From: a virus
Direction: 5' to 3' (one strand)
Virus record (IMG/VR): IMGVR_UViG_3300045988_150364
DNA: 41,689 bases
The notes beneath the pieces were generated by a model. It saw nothing but the letters and a program-made list of their open reading frames with translations. It did not search any database and was not told the DNA's origin. Of the stretch, positions 7,196 through 14,905 are shown piece by piece; positions within the stretch are counted from its first letter, which is position 1; every line of letters starts with the position of its first letter. Both the position numbers and the translations under genes were made by a program.

Positions 7196-8035
7196 ATGAA
7201 AAAGTATGAGTTGACAGCAGAGTTTATAGAAAAATGGGGCAAGAAATTATTTAGGATTAAGGCTTTAATTGGCTTTGGAAGTGTTGAAGCTGGTGAACTT
7301 GGTGGATATGTGGAAAAAGAAGATAACTTAGCGCAAAATGGCAACGCTTGGGTGTTCGACGACGCTGAGGTGTACGGCAACGCTAGGGTGTACGGCAACG
7401 CTTGGGTGTTCGACGACGCTGAGGTGTACGGCAACGCTAGGGTGTACGGCAACGCTAGGGTGTGCGGCAACGCTGAGGTGTACGGCAACGCTTGGGTGTA
7501 CGACGACGCTGAGGTGTACGGCAACGCTGAGGTGTACGGCAACGCTAGGGTGTACGACGACGCTGAGGTGTACGGCAACGCTGAGGTGTACGGCAACGCT
7601 AGGGTGTGCGGCAACGCTGAGGTGTACGGCAACGCTTGGGTGTTCGACGACGCTTGGGTGTTCGACGACGCTAGGGTGTACGACGACGCTGAGGTGTACG
7701 GCAACGCTAGGGTGTACGGCAACGCTAGGGTGTACGGCAACGCTAGGGTGTGCGGCAACGCTGAGGTGTACGGCAACGCTGACTATTTATTGATCGGTCG
7801 CATTGGTAGTAGATTTAGTTTTACGACATTTTTCAAAAATAAAGACAAAGGTATAACAGTGTCTTGTGGTTGTTTCTTAGGGACTATTGCCGAATTTAGA
7901 GCTAAGGTTACCGATACACATGGAAATAATAAGCACGCAAAAATGTATAACCTTGCTGCAGATATGGCAGAACTACAGATTTTAGGCGAAGAACATTTTG
8001 ACAAGCTGAACACTAATAAGTCAGAACCGTTTTGA
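7196..8035 (+). CDS. Hexapeptide-repeat (beta-solenoid-like) protein built from about 24 tandem [NAxVxG/D] units
   Basis: 279 aa with AAAGGAGCGG RBS. Residues 50-195 are perfect hexads (NAWVFD DAEVYG NARVYG NARVCG ...), flanked by non-repetitive N- and C-terminal domains. The overlapping ORFs in other frames and strands are repeat artefacts. Confidence 0.6.
   Translation: MKKYELTAEFIEKWGKKLFRIKALIGFGSVEAGELGGYVEKEDNLAQNGNAWVFDDAEVYGNARVYGNAWVFDDAEVYGNARVYGNARVCGNAEVYGNAWVYDDAEVYGNAEVYGNARVYDDAEVYGNAEVYGNARVCGNAEVYGNAWVFDDAWVFDDARVYDDAEVYGNARVYGNARVYGNARVCGNAEVYGNADYLLIGRIGSRFSFTTFFKNKDKGITVSCGCFLGTIAEFRAKVTDTHGNNKHAKMYNLAADMAELQILGEEHFDKLNTNKSEPF
7340..7780. repeat. Tandem array of about 24.5 copies of an 18-bp unit (GGCAACGCTNNGGTGTNC / GACGACGCT...)
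   Basis: Read directly in the sequence; strict 18-bp periodicity with only wobble-level variation. The repetition leaves all six reading frames open across this stretch. Confidence 0.9.
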
Positions 8036-8044
8036 GGTGAGATT

Positions 8045-8242
8045 ATGAATTGCGATATATGCCATAAGGATACAACGGCGGGTAGTCACGTAAACAGAGG
8101 TCGATATTTTGAGGTGCATATTTGCCCGAGCTGCTTGATGTGGTCAGATGATACACGGGCCGTGAAGGCACGGGAGATATTTAATAACTTTAAGAATTTG
8201 AGACTTTTGGAAGATATTAGTATAAGTAGCGAGCAAGAGTGA
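8045..8242 (+). CDS. Small zinc-ribbon protein
   Basis: 65 aa, CDIC...CPSC motifs. Confidence 0.45.
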   Translation: MNCDICHKDTTAGSHVNRGRYFEVHICPSCLMWSDDTRAVKAREIFNNFKNLRLLEDISISSEQE

Positions 8243-8247
8243 GGACA

Positions 8248-8784
8248 ATGAAAATGTTATCGCTATTTAGCGGGGTAGGTATGATTGACCTTGCTGCCAG
8301 CTGGGCGGGAATAGAAACAGTGGCTTTTTGTGAAATCGAGGAATACCCGCAAAAAATATTGCAAAGGAGGTTTCCGGGTGTCCCAATTTACAGAGATATC
8401 AGAGAACTCACGGCAGAAAAACTTAAAGCCGATGGAATATCCAAGATCGATATTATCAGTGGAGGATTTCCCTGCCAAGACGTTAGCACAGCAGGTAAAA
8501 GAACTGGTTTCGTTGATAGTGAAGGGAACGTTACCCGCTCCGGTCTTTGGGGAGAGTATGCCCGGCTTATTTGCGAGCTTAAACCAAGATGGGTTGTGGC
8601 TGAAAACGTGGCAGGGTTACTGTCAATCTCTGCTGCCGGGATTCGTGGAGGAGGATTCGGAACTGTACTCCGAGACCTGGACGAAATGGGGTATCGTGTT
8701 GGATGGTCATGCTATGGAGCTTCCGATGTTGGAGCGCCACATAAACGAGAGCGAGTGTTTATTGTGGCATACTTCGGACTGTAG
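8248..8784 (+). CDS. DNA (cytosine-5)-methyltransferase, N-terminal catalytic part (motifs I-VIII)
   Basis: Motifs LFSGVGM (I), GGFPCQDVS (IV, PC motif), ENV (VI), GAPHKRERVFIVA (VIII); GAGGA RBS. The reading frame stops at 8784, before the target-recognition domain. Confidence 0.85.
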   Translation: MKMLSLFSGVGMIDLAASWAGIETVAFCEIEEYPQKILQRRFPGVPIYRDIRELTAEKLKADGISKIDIISGGFPCQDVSTAGKRTGFVDSEGNVTRSGLWGEYARLICELKPRWVVAENVAGLLSISAAGIRGGGFGTVLRDLDEMGYRVGWSCYGASDVGAPHKRERVFIVAYFGL

Positions 8785-8785
8785 C

Positions 8786-9331
8786 GATCGACGCAGTCCT
8801 AAAAGCAAACAGCAAGGAGTAAATAATCAGGTAAAGGCATATTGGCGAACTCCGCAGTCGCATAATGGTGCACAAGGGCCTAAATCTAAGATGTTTTATG
8901 AAAAGTGTTTAAAAACTGGTCAGTCAGCAATAACACTCGTAGACCAAGTGAAAAACTGGCCAATACCTGCCGCTAGAGATAGTAAAGGAAGTAATTCTGC
9001 AAAACATTTATCAACGGGACATCATATAAATCAGTTGGCAAACAAGGTGAAACTGAATAAAACAGAAGGACAATTAAATGCCGATTGGGTTGAGCTACTA
9101 ATGGGATTGCCTATAGGCTGGACTGACATCAATGTAGCAAAAGAGGATATTGAAAGTTGGCAGGGCTGGCCTGCTGCAATAAATGTAGAGCAATACGCAT
9201 ATGAACCGCCAAGAGTAATAGTTGGGCAAAAAAACAGGGCGAAACGACTAAAGGCGTTAGGTAATGGTTGTGTGCCGCAGCAGGTATATCTTGTGTTGGC
9301 GGCAATTGTGGAGGTAGAAAATGAAGCGTGA
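8786..9331 (+). CDS. DNA (cytosine-5)-methyltransferase C-terminal part (TRD, NWPIPAARDSKG, ELLMGLPIGWTD, LGNGCVPQ = motifs IX/X) in the +1 frame relative to the N-terminal part
   Basis: The frame is open from 8330 but only becomes MTase-like after about 8790, and no RBS/ATG sits at the junction. This is a frameshifted or split MTase. Confidence 0.6.
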   Translation, partial: DRRSPKSKQQGVNNQVKAYWRTPQSHNGAQGPKSKMFYEKCLKTGQSAITLVDQVKNWPIPAARDSKGSNSAKHLSTGHHINQLANKVKLNKTEGQLNADWVELLMGLPIGWTDINVAKEDIESWQGWPAAINVEQYAYEPPRVIVGQKNRAKRLKALGNGCVPQQVYLVLAAIVEVENEA

Positions 9332-9431
9332 AGCAGTATACACATTATTATTTATCTTTGCCGCTGGATTTTTATGGCAGCTCGGCTGTGCGTTGGCAGA
9401 GGTTACTGTAGAGTGGCAGATCTGGCGATAA
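9321..9431 (+). CDS. Small membrane peptide (36 aa)
   Basis: GGAGG RBS 7 nt upstream of an ATG that overlaps the MTase stop; hydrophobic core LLFIFAAGFLWQLGCALA. Confidence 0.35.
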   Translation: MKREAVYTLLFIFAAGFLWQLGCALAEVTVEWQIWR

Positions 9432-9440
9432 GTTAAAACG

Positions 9441-9524
9441 GCCGCGCATACTAACTATATACAAGCATAAAGGGAAGTATACCCCTGCGGAGGTGATTAG
9501 CCCGTAGGGGGCGGCCTTTTAAAT
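9441..9524 (+). terminator. Compound stem-loop with T-tract: outer GGCCGC/GCGGCC, inner CCCCTGCGG/CCGTAGGGG hairpin, then TTTTAAAT
   Basis: Inverted repeats read in the sequence directly downstream of the early operon. The T-run is short, so this may be an attenuator or processing structure instead. Confidence 0.45.
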
Positions 9525-9541
9525 ATAAGGAGTTGGAAACT

Positions 9542-9748
9542 ATGAAACCAATAAATATAAAAATTATGATGGCGTTAATCGAAAAAGAACCAGGCGATCA
9601 GTATATACCAGTATTGAAACCAGTACTTATGCAGATACTGACTGAACTCAAACATCTGCGTCGGAAAAATAGCCAGCTTGGTGGGAAAGTGGCTCGGTAT
9701 CGGAGAAAAAAGGAAGAGCTTGAAGATGCTTTGGCGATGTACCAATGA
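9542..9748 (+). CDS. Hypothetical small protein (basic C-terminus)
   Basis: ATG with AAGGAG RBS; the track ORF begins 9 nt upstream at a TTG. Confidence 0.5.
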   Translation: MKPINIKIMMALIEKEPGDQYIPVLKPVLMQILTELKHLRRKNSQLGGKVARYRRKKEELEDALAMYQ

Positions 9749-10167
9749 CGACGTGGAATGAACTGCCGGCACACCTTGTAAGTAAAATACGTTCTGATAG
9801 CGTAACAGCGCCGGCGAATTTACCCGGGGCTGTACCTGCGCTGAAATATGGTAATGCAATAACTGAGGTTGACGGGATTCGCTTTGATAGCAGGAAAGAA
9901 GCCAAATACTATGAGGACCTACTTTGGCAGCAGCGTACCGGTGCAGTAAAAAGCATTGAATTACAGCCTGAATTCGTTTTACAGCCCGGCTACGAGGTCG
10001 CAGGTAAAAAGATAAGGCCGATTATTTACAAGGCAGATTTCAAGGTAACAGAAGCTGACGGGCATATATATTACGTCGACACGAAAGGGATGCGGACGCA
10101 GGTGTATCTGATCAAAAAGAAGATGCTGCTATATCGTTACCCGGACATTGACTTTAGAGAAGTTTAA
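9745..10167 (+). CDS. DUF1064-like PD-(D/E)xK nuclease fold protein (possible resolvase/nuclease)
   Basis: 140 aa; GIRFDSRKEAKYYEDLL ... ADFKVTEADGHIYYVDTKG fits a D...E.DxK-like active-site arrangement common in phage DUF1064 proteins. Confidence 0.4.
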   Translation: MTTWNELPAHLVSKIRSDSVTAPANLPGAVPALKYGNAITEVDGIRFDSRKEAKYYEDLLWQQRTGAVKSIELQPEFVLQPGYEVAGKKIRPIIYKADFKVTEADGHIYYVDTKGMRTQVYLIKKKMLLYRYPDIDFREV

Positions 10168-10179
10168 GGTGGTGGAGTA

Positions 10180-10602
10180 GTGGAGAAAATTAGAAGTCTT
10201 GTAGGCATGGTATCAAAAAAGAAGTTTTTTTCGGCCTGCAAATGTTATGAAAATAATAAATATGGTGTTGATTATGTCAAACCACAACTTTGCATAGATG
10301 AAGAAAGTCATCTCATATTTTGCGACCGATGCGGTGCAGTTATAGATCCGTTTGCAGCAATGCTCATGGTCGCAATTTTTGAAAAACGGCAAAACCGTGA
10401 ATGGGGTAGATACATGGAAAGTGCTAGACGGTTTTGGAAAATAGCCCACAGCTATAAACCATACAGAGTAGCGCTTAAAGAAATGGAAAAGAATATGGGC
10501 AGGGGTGATAAGACTATGTTGCCCTGCTGTCCAAAATGTGACAGAGCATTTGACCCTGCAGATATCAAAGCGTATGTCAATAAAAAATATGTATGTGACT
10601 AA
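10180..10602 (+). CDS. Cys-rich zinc-finger protein
   Basis: 140 aa with CKC...CDRC...CCPKCDR motifs. Confidence 0.5.
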   Translation: MEKIRSLVGMVSKKKFFSACKCYENNKYGVDYVKPQLCIDEESHLIFCDRCGAVIDPFAAMLMVAIFEKRQNREWGRYMESARRFWKIAHSYKPYRVALKEMEKNMGRGDKTMLPCCPKCDRAFDPADIKAYVNKKYVCD

Positions 10603-10615
10603 GGCGGTGGAGTAA

Positions 10616-10891
10616 ATGACCAAATATTATGTTGGCTCTAGTTTAAAATACCATTGTGTTTTTGAAAAAGCTGGTGACAAAAAGCGAAAGATACTGTTGA
10701 TGTTGAATTGTCGAAGAAATGCAGAGCTTATTGTAGAGATACTAACAAGAGATGATAACGGTAAAGCGCAGACGCCATATGGCATACTTGATGCTATAGA
10801 TGATTTAAAAGATAACATTGGTGGAATCCTGATAGAAAATAAACGTTTAAGGGATTTATGGAACAGACGGGACGATGAAGAAAATGACTAA
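10616..10891 (+). CDS. Hypothetical protein
   Basis: 91 aa, early region, no recognisable motif. Confidence 0.45.
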   Translation: MTKYYVGSSLKYHCVFEKAGDKKRKILLMLNCRRNAELIVEILTRDDNGKAQTPYGILDAIDDLKDNIGGILIENKRLRDLWNRRDDEEND

Positions 10892-11261
10892 TCGTGACTA
10901 CATAATGAATATATCAGTCAAAGATTTTATAAACGAATATTGCTTACTAGTTGGCTACACCGAAAAAGATTTTGTAAGACTAATGATCTTATTTAAAGCA
11001 GATGATGATAGAGTCAACAAATGGCTTAATAGCGAAATGATAGGTTCAAGGATATTGACAAATGCCGAACGCATTAAGTCTAGGAGTATAGAAGAATTGG
11101 CCGATTTTTTTAGCCGTGAAATTTTTAAAAAATGTGAGGATTGCCCTGCTTATATGTATTGCACTGGTGACTGTAGTTGCCAAGAAGCAGTTAAGAAGTG
11201 GCTTGAAAGTGAGGCTAGAACCGATGAACGAAAAATATCGCCATATGACCGTTGCATATAA
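10875..11261 (+). CDS. Hypothetical Cys-rich protein; paralog of the 11483 gene
   Basis: 128 aa; ERIKSRSIEELADFF...CEDCPAYMYCTGDCSCQEAVKKWLESE parallels ERIKAMSLEEMAAFV...CKKMPCETGIKHWLESG in the 11483 product. Confidence 0.5.
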   Translation: MKKMTNRDYIMNISVKDFINEYCLLVGYTEKDFVRLMILFKADDDRVNKWLNSEMIGSRILTNAERIKSRSIEELADFFSREIFKKCEDCPAYMYCTGDCSCQEAVKKWLESEARTDERKISPYDRCI

Positions 11262-11276
11262 GGAGTGTAAAGAACA

Positions 11277-11486
11277 ATGAATAGCATGGATTTTATTTAT
11301 TTACTAATGAATTGTGTCGTTACAGCATCTATTATTGTGGCTATAACGTCAGCTTTTTGGTTTATATTGGTACTTCTGACTGACAGCAGTGACAGACATA
11401 GCCGCTTATATGTCATTACTTGCACTATAGGGGCTGTAACACTTATGTTATTTGGAATAGCATTGCTCACAGGAGGGTTGAAATGA
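11277..11486 (+). CDS. Small membrane protein (2 TM)
   Basis: 69 aa, hydrophobic, RBS AGGAGTG. Confidence 0.45.
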   Translation: MNSMDFIYLLMNCVVTASIIVAITSAFWFILVLLTDSSDRHSRLYVITCTIGAVTLMLFGIALLTGGLK

Positions 11487-11668
11487 CTAACTACGAAAGA
11501 ATTAAAGCTATGAGCCTTGAAGAAATGGCAGCATTTGTTGAGGCAGCAGGCAGAAATACGTTTCATAAAATATGTGTTTACAGACAAGGCGGCGAAAACT
11601 GTAAAAAAATGCCATGTGAAACTGGTATAAAACATTGGCTTGAAAGCGGGGTGCTGGACAATGCGTGA
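11483..11668 (+). CDS. Small Cys-containing protein, paralog of the 10875 C-terminal region
   Basis: Start set at the Met of MTNYERIK with a GGAGGG RBS; shares the WLES motif and Cys spacing with the 10875 product. Confidence 0.45.
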   Translation: MTNYERIKAMSLEEMAAFVEAAGRNTFHKICVYRQGGENCKKMPCETGIKHWLESGVLDNA

Positions 11669-12029
11669 AATATTATTTAGAGGTAAAGGAATAAATGATA
11701 AAGAATGGCGCTACGGCTTTTATACAGAACAGCAGGGATACCCTTACATAACACCGGATGGGGTGGCGATGTATGAAATTGACGCTAATACCGCAGGGCA
11801 GTATACAGGCTTTGTCGATAAAAATGGCAAGAAAATATTTGAGGGCGATATCGTCTGTATGGACGATTGGATACCACCATGTATGCAGGTAGCTTATGCA
11901 CAGGGAGCTTTCTACTTAGCGGAAATTGAAAAACCAGTTAAATATTATGGTGACATTTATTATTTAAACCATGGTGGGAACCCTTGTGCAAAAGTTATCG
12001 GCAATATCTATGATGATTTGAGCTACTAA
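11661..12029 (+). CDS. YopX-family phage protein
   Basis: MREILFRGKGINDKEWRYGFY...YTGFVDKNGKKIFEGDIV matches the YopX signature (ILFRGK...W..G...TGL.DKNGK.I.EGDI). Confidence 0.7.
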   Translation: MREILFRGKGINDKEWRYGFYTEQQGYPYITPDGVAMYEIDANTAGQYTGFVDKNGKKIFEGDIVCMDDWIPPCMQVAYAQGAFYLAEIEKPVKYYGDIYYLNHGGNPCAKVIGNIYDDLSY

Positions 12030-12046
12030 AGGAGCGGTGAATAAAA

Positions 12047-12187
12047 ATGGAAGAAGAACAATGCCCTTGTGATGATTGTGACGCTACCTGTGATTACTGG
12101 GACAGTAAATACTGCTGTATATATTGTCGTTGGCAGTATGGAGACATTGAACCTGACTGTGAGAATTGTGACCCGATGGATATTTGA
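12047..12187 (+). CDS. Small Cys-rich peptide (46 aa)
   Basis: AAAGGAGCGGTGA RBS; CPCDDCDATCDYW...CCIYCRW...CENCD; not in the track (under 60 aa). Confidence 0.4.
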   Translation: MEEEQCPCDDCDATCDYWDSKYCCIYCRWQYGDIEPDCENCDPMDI

Positions 12188-12205
12188 GAGGACGGTGAAT
12201 AGATA

Positions 12206-12460
12206 ATGAGATTAATAGATGCCGACGCCCTGCGTCGGCGGAAAGAGTTGCGATTCGGCTTAATGGCAGCAATCACTACTATTCAATTTTTAATAGACGA
12301 AGCCCCTACAGTAGAAGAACGTAAGCATGGGCATTGGGTAAGACATAATAATATCATTGCTTGCAGCGAGTGTATTTGGGATATGTATTGGGAGGAAGGA
12401 AATACAGAATTAAATTACTGCCCAAATTGCGGGGCTATTATGAACGGTGAACCAGAATGA
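12206..12460 (+). CDS. Hypothetical protein with C-terminal zinc ribbon
   Basis: 84 aa; CSEC...CPNCG. Confidence 0.45.
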   Translation: MRLIDADALRRRKELRFGLMAAITTIQFLIDEAPTVEERKHGHWVRHNNIIACSECIWDMYWEEGNTELNYCPNCGAIMNGEPE

Positions 12461-12702
12461 ACATACTAAAGTTAGAAAGATCAATAGCTTTATTAAAACC
12501 AATCATCTGGAAAATGCACATGAATGAAAAAAGGGATGCTTATATAACTTTATTGACAGCTGCTCAAAAACAGATACCACAGGAATTAAGTCCCTTGTTA
12601 TCAGATGATGGTTTACGTTGGAAATGCCCTGTGTGTGAGAAATTAGTAGATGACGCTGCTCATTATTGTAAATACTGCGGCCAAGCTATATGTAATGATT
12701 AA
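12457..12702 (+). CDS. Hypothetical protein with C-terminal zinc ribbon
   Basis: 81 aa; CPVCEK...CKYCGQ. Confidence 0.45.
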   Translation: MNILKLERSIALLKPIIWKMHMNEKRDAYITLLTAAQKQIPQELSPLLSDDGLRWKCPVCEKLVDDAAHYCKYCGQAICND

Positions 12703-12713
12703 GGAGTGAAGAC

Positions 12714-12878
12714 ATGAATTATCCTGATCTAATAAAATGGATATTTGAATTTGTATATGAACATTGGATATTAACGTTTTTGTTTATATTAGCTTTAAGA
12801 AGGTTTAGTATTTTTACAATAAATCTATCAGAGAAGAAGGGCGATACAAATGTTATTAACAATAGAAAGCAAGTTTAA
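12714..12878 (+). CDS. Small membrane protein (54 aa)
   Basis: AAGGAGTGA RBS; TM segment WILTFLFILAL; its end overlaps the start of the next ORF. Confidence 0.3.
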   Translation: MNYPDLIKWIFEFVYEHWILTFLFILALRRFSIFTINLSEKKGDTNVINNRKQV

Positions 12879-13128
12879 TATAGGTGATAATGTACATTTG
12901 CCTAAGGGAGAACGTAAAGTACTTGGTGTTAAATTAGATTCTAAAGGTATCTTATATTTGCTTGAAAGTGCAGACGGTACGAGAGAATGGGTGCAAGAAT
13001 ATTGGGTTGTTATGGGCGAAGAAGAGCATAAACACGGAGAGTTTGAGGAGGCTATTTTGAACCAACTCATAGAAGACAACATAAATCCTTTTGGAGCATT
13101 ATTTAGGCGATTAAAAAAGAAAAGCTAG
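12850..13128 (+). CDS. Hypothetical protein
   Basis: 92 aa ORF. Confidence 0.45.
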   Translation: MLLTIESKFNIGDNVHLPKGERKVLGVKLDSKGILYLLESADGTREWVQEYWVVMGEEEHKHGEFEEAILNQLIEDNINPFGALFRRLKKKS

Positions 13129-13140
13129 AAGGAGACTGAT

Positions 13141-13623
13141 ATGCTAATAGAACTGTTACGAAAGCATACAGAGTGGTATTTTTTGAATAGGAAATATATT
13201 CAGAAAGCTGTTGATGATGAAAGAGAGCAGCGTACTGCAAAGAAAGGGCATACTGGGGGTGGAGGTCATGCTTTTATCAGTAATCCAACAGAAACATCTG
13301 CACTAAAGAATATTGAACCGATCAAGATGATTTCGTGGGGACAAGGCCCTTATCAAACTATAGTAATAAATCCTGAAGCATGGCTTGAAGTAATAGCTGA
13401 GACATATAAGGTTCATGAGAAACAAGCAGCAGGAGATGCTATGTTCCAGCGTTATGAATATAATAAGTCGCCAGGAGTAATTGCTGGACTAAAAGGTATG
13501 AATAGAGATACTTACTACGAGCTTCGCGAAGAGTTTTTAAACGATGCTGTCGTTTTAGCACTCGAAAAAAATTTATTGAGAATTAAAAATGTATCCGACA
13601 AATTACCTGTTCTGATGAGTTAA
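13141..13623 (+). CDS. Possible late-gene transcriptional activator (ArpU/RinA-like position upstream of the packaging genes)
   Basis: 160 aa, GAAGGAG RBS. Sits just upstream of the tRNA cluster and terS. Its C-terminal helix-rich segment is weakly sigma-region-4-like, so the call rests mainly on position. Confidence 0.3.
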   Translation: MLIELLRKHTEWYFLNRKYIQKAVDDEREQRTAKKGHTGGGGHAFISNPTETSALKNIEPIKMISWGQGPYQTIVINPEAWLEVIAETYKVHEKQAAGDAMFQRYEYNKSPGVIAGLKGMNRDTYYELREEFLNDAVVLALEKNLLRIKNVSDKLPVLMS

Positions 13624-13691
13624 AATAGTATTATAAGTAAGTAGGCTTACAACAAGCTTGGTGAAACGTTCAAGCTTAGCGCTTGGACATT

Positions 13692-13764
13692 ACCCGTGTA
13701 GCTCAGATGGCAAGAGCGATTGACTTTTAATCATTTGTCGCAGGTTCGAGTCCTGCCACGGGTA
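13692..13764 (+). tRNA. tRNA-Lys (anticodon TTT at 13726-13728)
   Basis: Acceptor ACCCGTG/CACGGGT, D-arm GCTC-AGATGGCAA-GAGC, T-arm GCAGG-TTCGAGT-CCTGC. The anticodon stem has one T-T mismatch; no CCA is encoded. Confidence 0.6.
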
Positions 13765-13869
13765 GTTTGGCATAGATGGGGAACACCTATCCACGCTTAA
13801 AGGCGCGTGTGCTGGACAGGTAATCTTCCAGCTGCCGCCCTGCCGTTGGGGTAATACAGCGGCAATAAT

Positions 13870-13961
13870 GGAGCAGTACTCAAACGGCTAAGAGAGCAGT
13901 CTTGAAAACTGATAGGGCGTAGGGATACGCTGTGTGGGTTCGAATCCTACCTGCTCCGCCA
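13870..13961 (+). tRNA. tRNA-Ser (anticodon TGA), type II with long variable arm
   Basis: Acceptor GGAGCAG/CTGCTCC plus G plus CCA; anticodon loop CTTGAAA; variable hairpin GCGTA-GGGA-TACGC; T-arm GTGGG-TTCGAAT-CCTAC; 92 nt. Confidence 0.7.
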
Positions 13962-13964
13962 TAC

Positions 13965-14053
13965 GGAAGGTTGGCGTAATCGGTAACGCAGCGCCCTGCT
14001 AAGGCGTCAGTCGAGCAATCGGCTTACAAGTTCAAGTCTTGTACCTTCCGCCA
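13965..14053 (+). tRNA. tRNA-Ser (anticodon GCT), type II
   Basis: Acceptor GGAAGGT/ACCTTCC plus G plus CCA; D-arm GCGT..ACGC; anticodon stem GCGCC/GGCGT with loop CTGCTAA; T-arm ACAAG-TTCAAGT-CTTGT; 89 nt. Confidence 0.7.
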
Positions 14054-14141
14054 ATTTAATCTACATAAATAATTCGGCATTAAAAAACCGATAAAACACG
14101 GTGATATATATCAAAATTTAGTATATAGAATAAGAGGTGCG

Positions 14142-14462
14142 ATGATGAACGATATTTGTATGGAAACTCCGAATTGTGATTGGGATGTAAAATGTGATGT
14201 AAAAAAGGGTTCGCTGGAAAAACAAATAGAAAATATTGAACGTCTTACTAGGATATTAAATTCAAGTGTTGAGAATACACAGTTGTTCATATTGGGCGAT
14301 CCTAATAGTGGTGGTACTGTCTGTAAAGAAGCAGGTCTCGCTCCAAACGGACTAGAGAGAAGATTAAAGGATATTACTTTTAAATTAGACGAAATCGTAT
14401 CAAAGAGCAATATAGTTAATAACACTTTAAGAGAAAAGTTAGGAACAATGACTATCGAATAA
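14142..14462 (+). CDS. Hypothetical protein (first gene of the late operon)
   Basis: 106 aa, AGAGGTG RBS, followed by a rho-independent terminator. Confidence 0.5.
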   Translation: MMNDICMETPNCDWDVKCDVKKGSLEKQIENIERLTRILNSSVENTQLFILGDPNSGGTVCKEAGLAPNGLERRLKDITFKLDEIVSKSNIVNNTLREKLGTMTIE

Positions 14463-14471
14463 CTTAATACT

Positions 14472-14506
14472 AAGGCACTTAACTTCGGTTAGGTGCTTTT
14501 TTATTT
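14472..14506 (+). terminator. Rho-independent terminator (GGCACTTAAC-TTCG-GTTAGGTGC followed by TTTTTTATTT)
   Basis: Hairpin plus U-tract read in the sequence. Confidence 0.6.
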
Positions 14507-14524
14507 GCAAAGGTGGTGGGATAA

Positions 14525-14905
14525 ATGGCAAGAGGAAGACCTAAGAAGTTTGATAACGTAACTGAAATGCAGAGAAAGATAGACGCATATTTTGAAAGCA
14601 GAGATAAAGACAATCTTGGATACACTATTACTGGGTTAGCATTAGGTTTGGGGATGACGAGAGAAACTCTTTTGCAGTATGAAAAAGAAAGTGAATTTTC
14701 TGACGCTATAAAAAAAGCGAAAACGAAAATAGAAGAATCGCTTGAACAGAGGCTGCTTGACGGAAAGAATGTTGTAGGCGTCATTTTTAATTTAAAAAAT
14801 AACTTTGGGTGGAAAGATCAGCAGCAAGTAGAACATTCCGGAAAAGTAGATATAGTAACAGTGCTTAAGAAAGCCCAGGGACGCGTTGAGGGTGGTAAAT
14901 CATGA
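14525..14905 (+). CDS. terS: Terminase small subunit
   Basis: 126 aa; MARGRPKKF... N-terminus with GYTITGLALGLGMTRETLLQY (HTH) and NLKNNFGWKD, as in Terminase_2-type TerS; immediately upstream of terL. Confidence 0.8.
   Translation: MARGRPKKFDNVTEMQRKIDAYFESRDKDNLGYTITGLALGLGMTRETLLQYEKESEFSDAIKKAKTKIEESLEQRLLDGKNVVGVIFNLKNNFGWKDQQQVEHSGKVDIVTVLKKAQGRVEGGKS

Noticed and set aside
7340-7780. CRISPR array
   Set aside because: The 18-bp units are contiguous with no spacers and are in-frame coding sequence.
7168-7793. ORFs 7168-7776 (-) and 7338-7793 (+) overlapping the hexapeptide-repeat gene
   Set aside because: They lie entirely within the 18-bp tandem repeat, which keeps every frame open. 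Only the 7196 frame has an RBS and unique flanking domains.
8330-8785. First 150 codons of track ORF 8330-9331
   Set aside because: This region gives no MTase motifs in this frame; the genuine N-terminal half is in the 8248 frame.
13765-13869. A fourth tRNA between tRNA-Lys and tRNA-Ser
   Set aside because: No T-loop (GTTCRANYC) or acceptor pairing could be found by eye.
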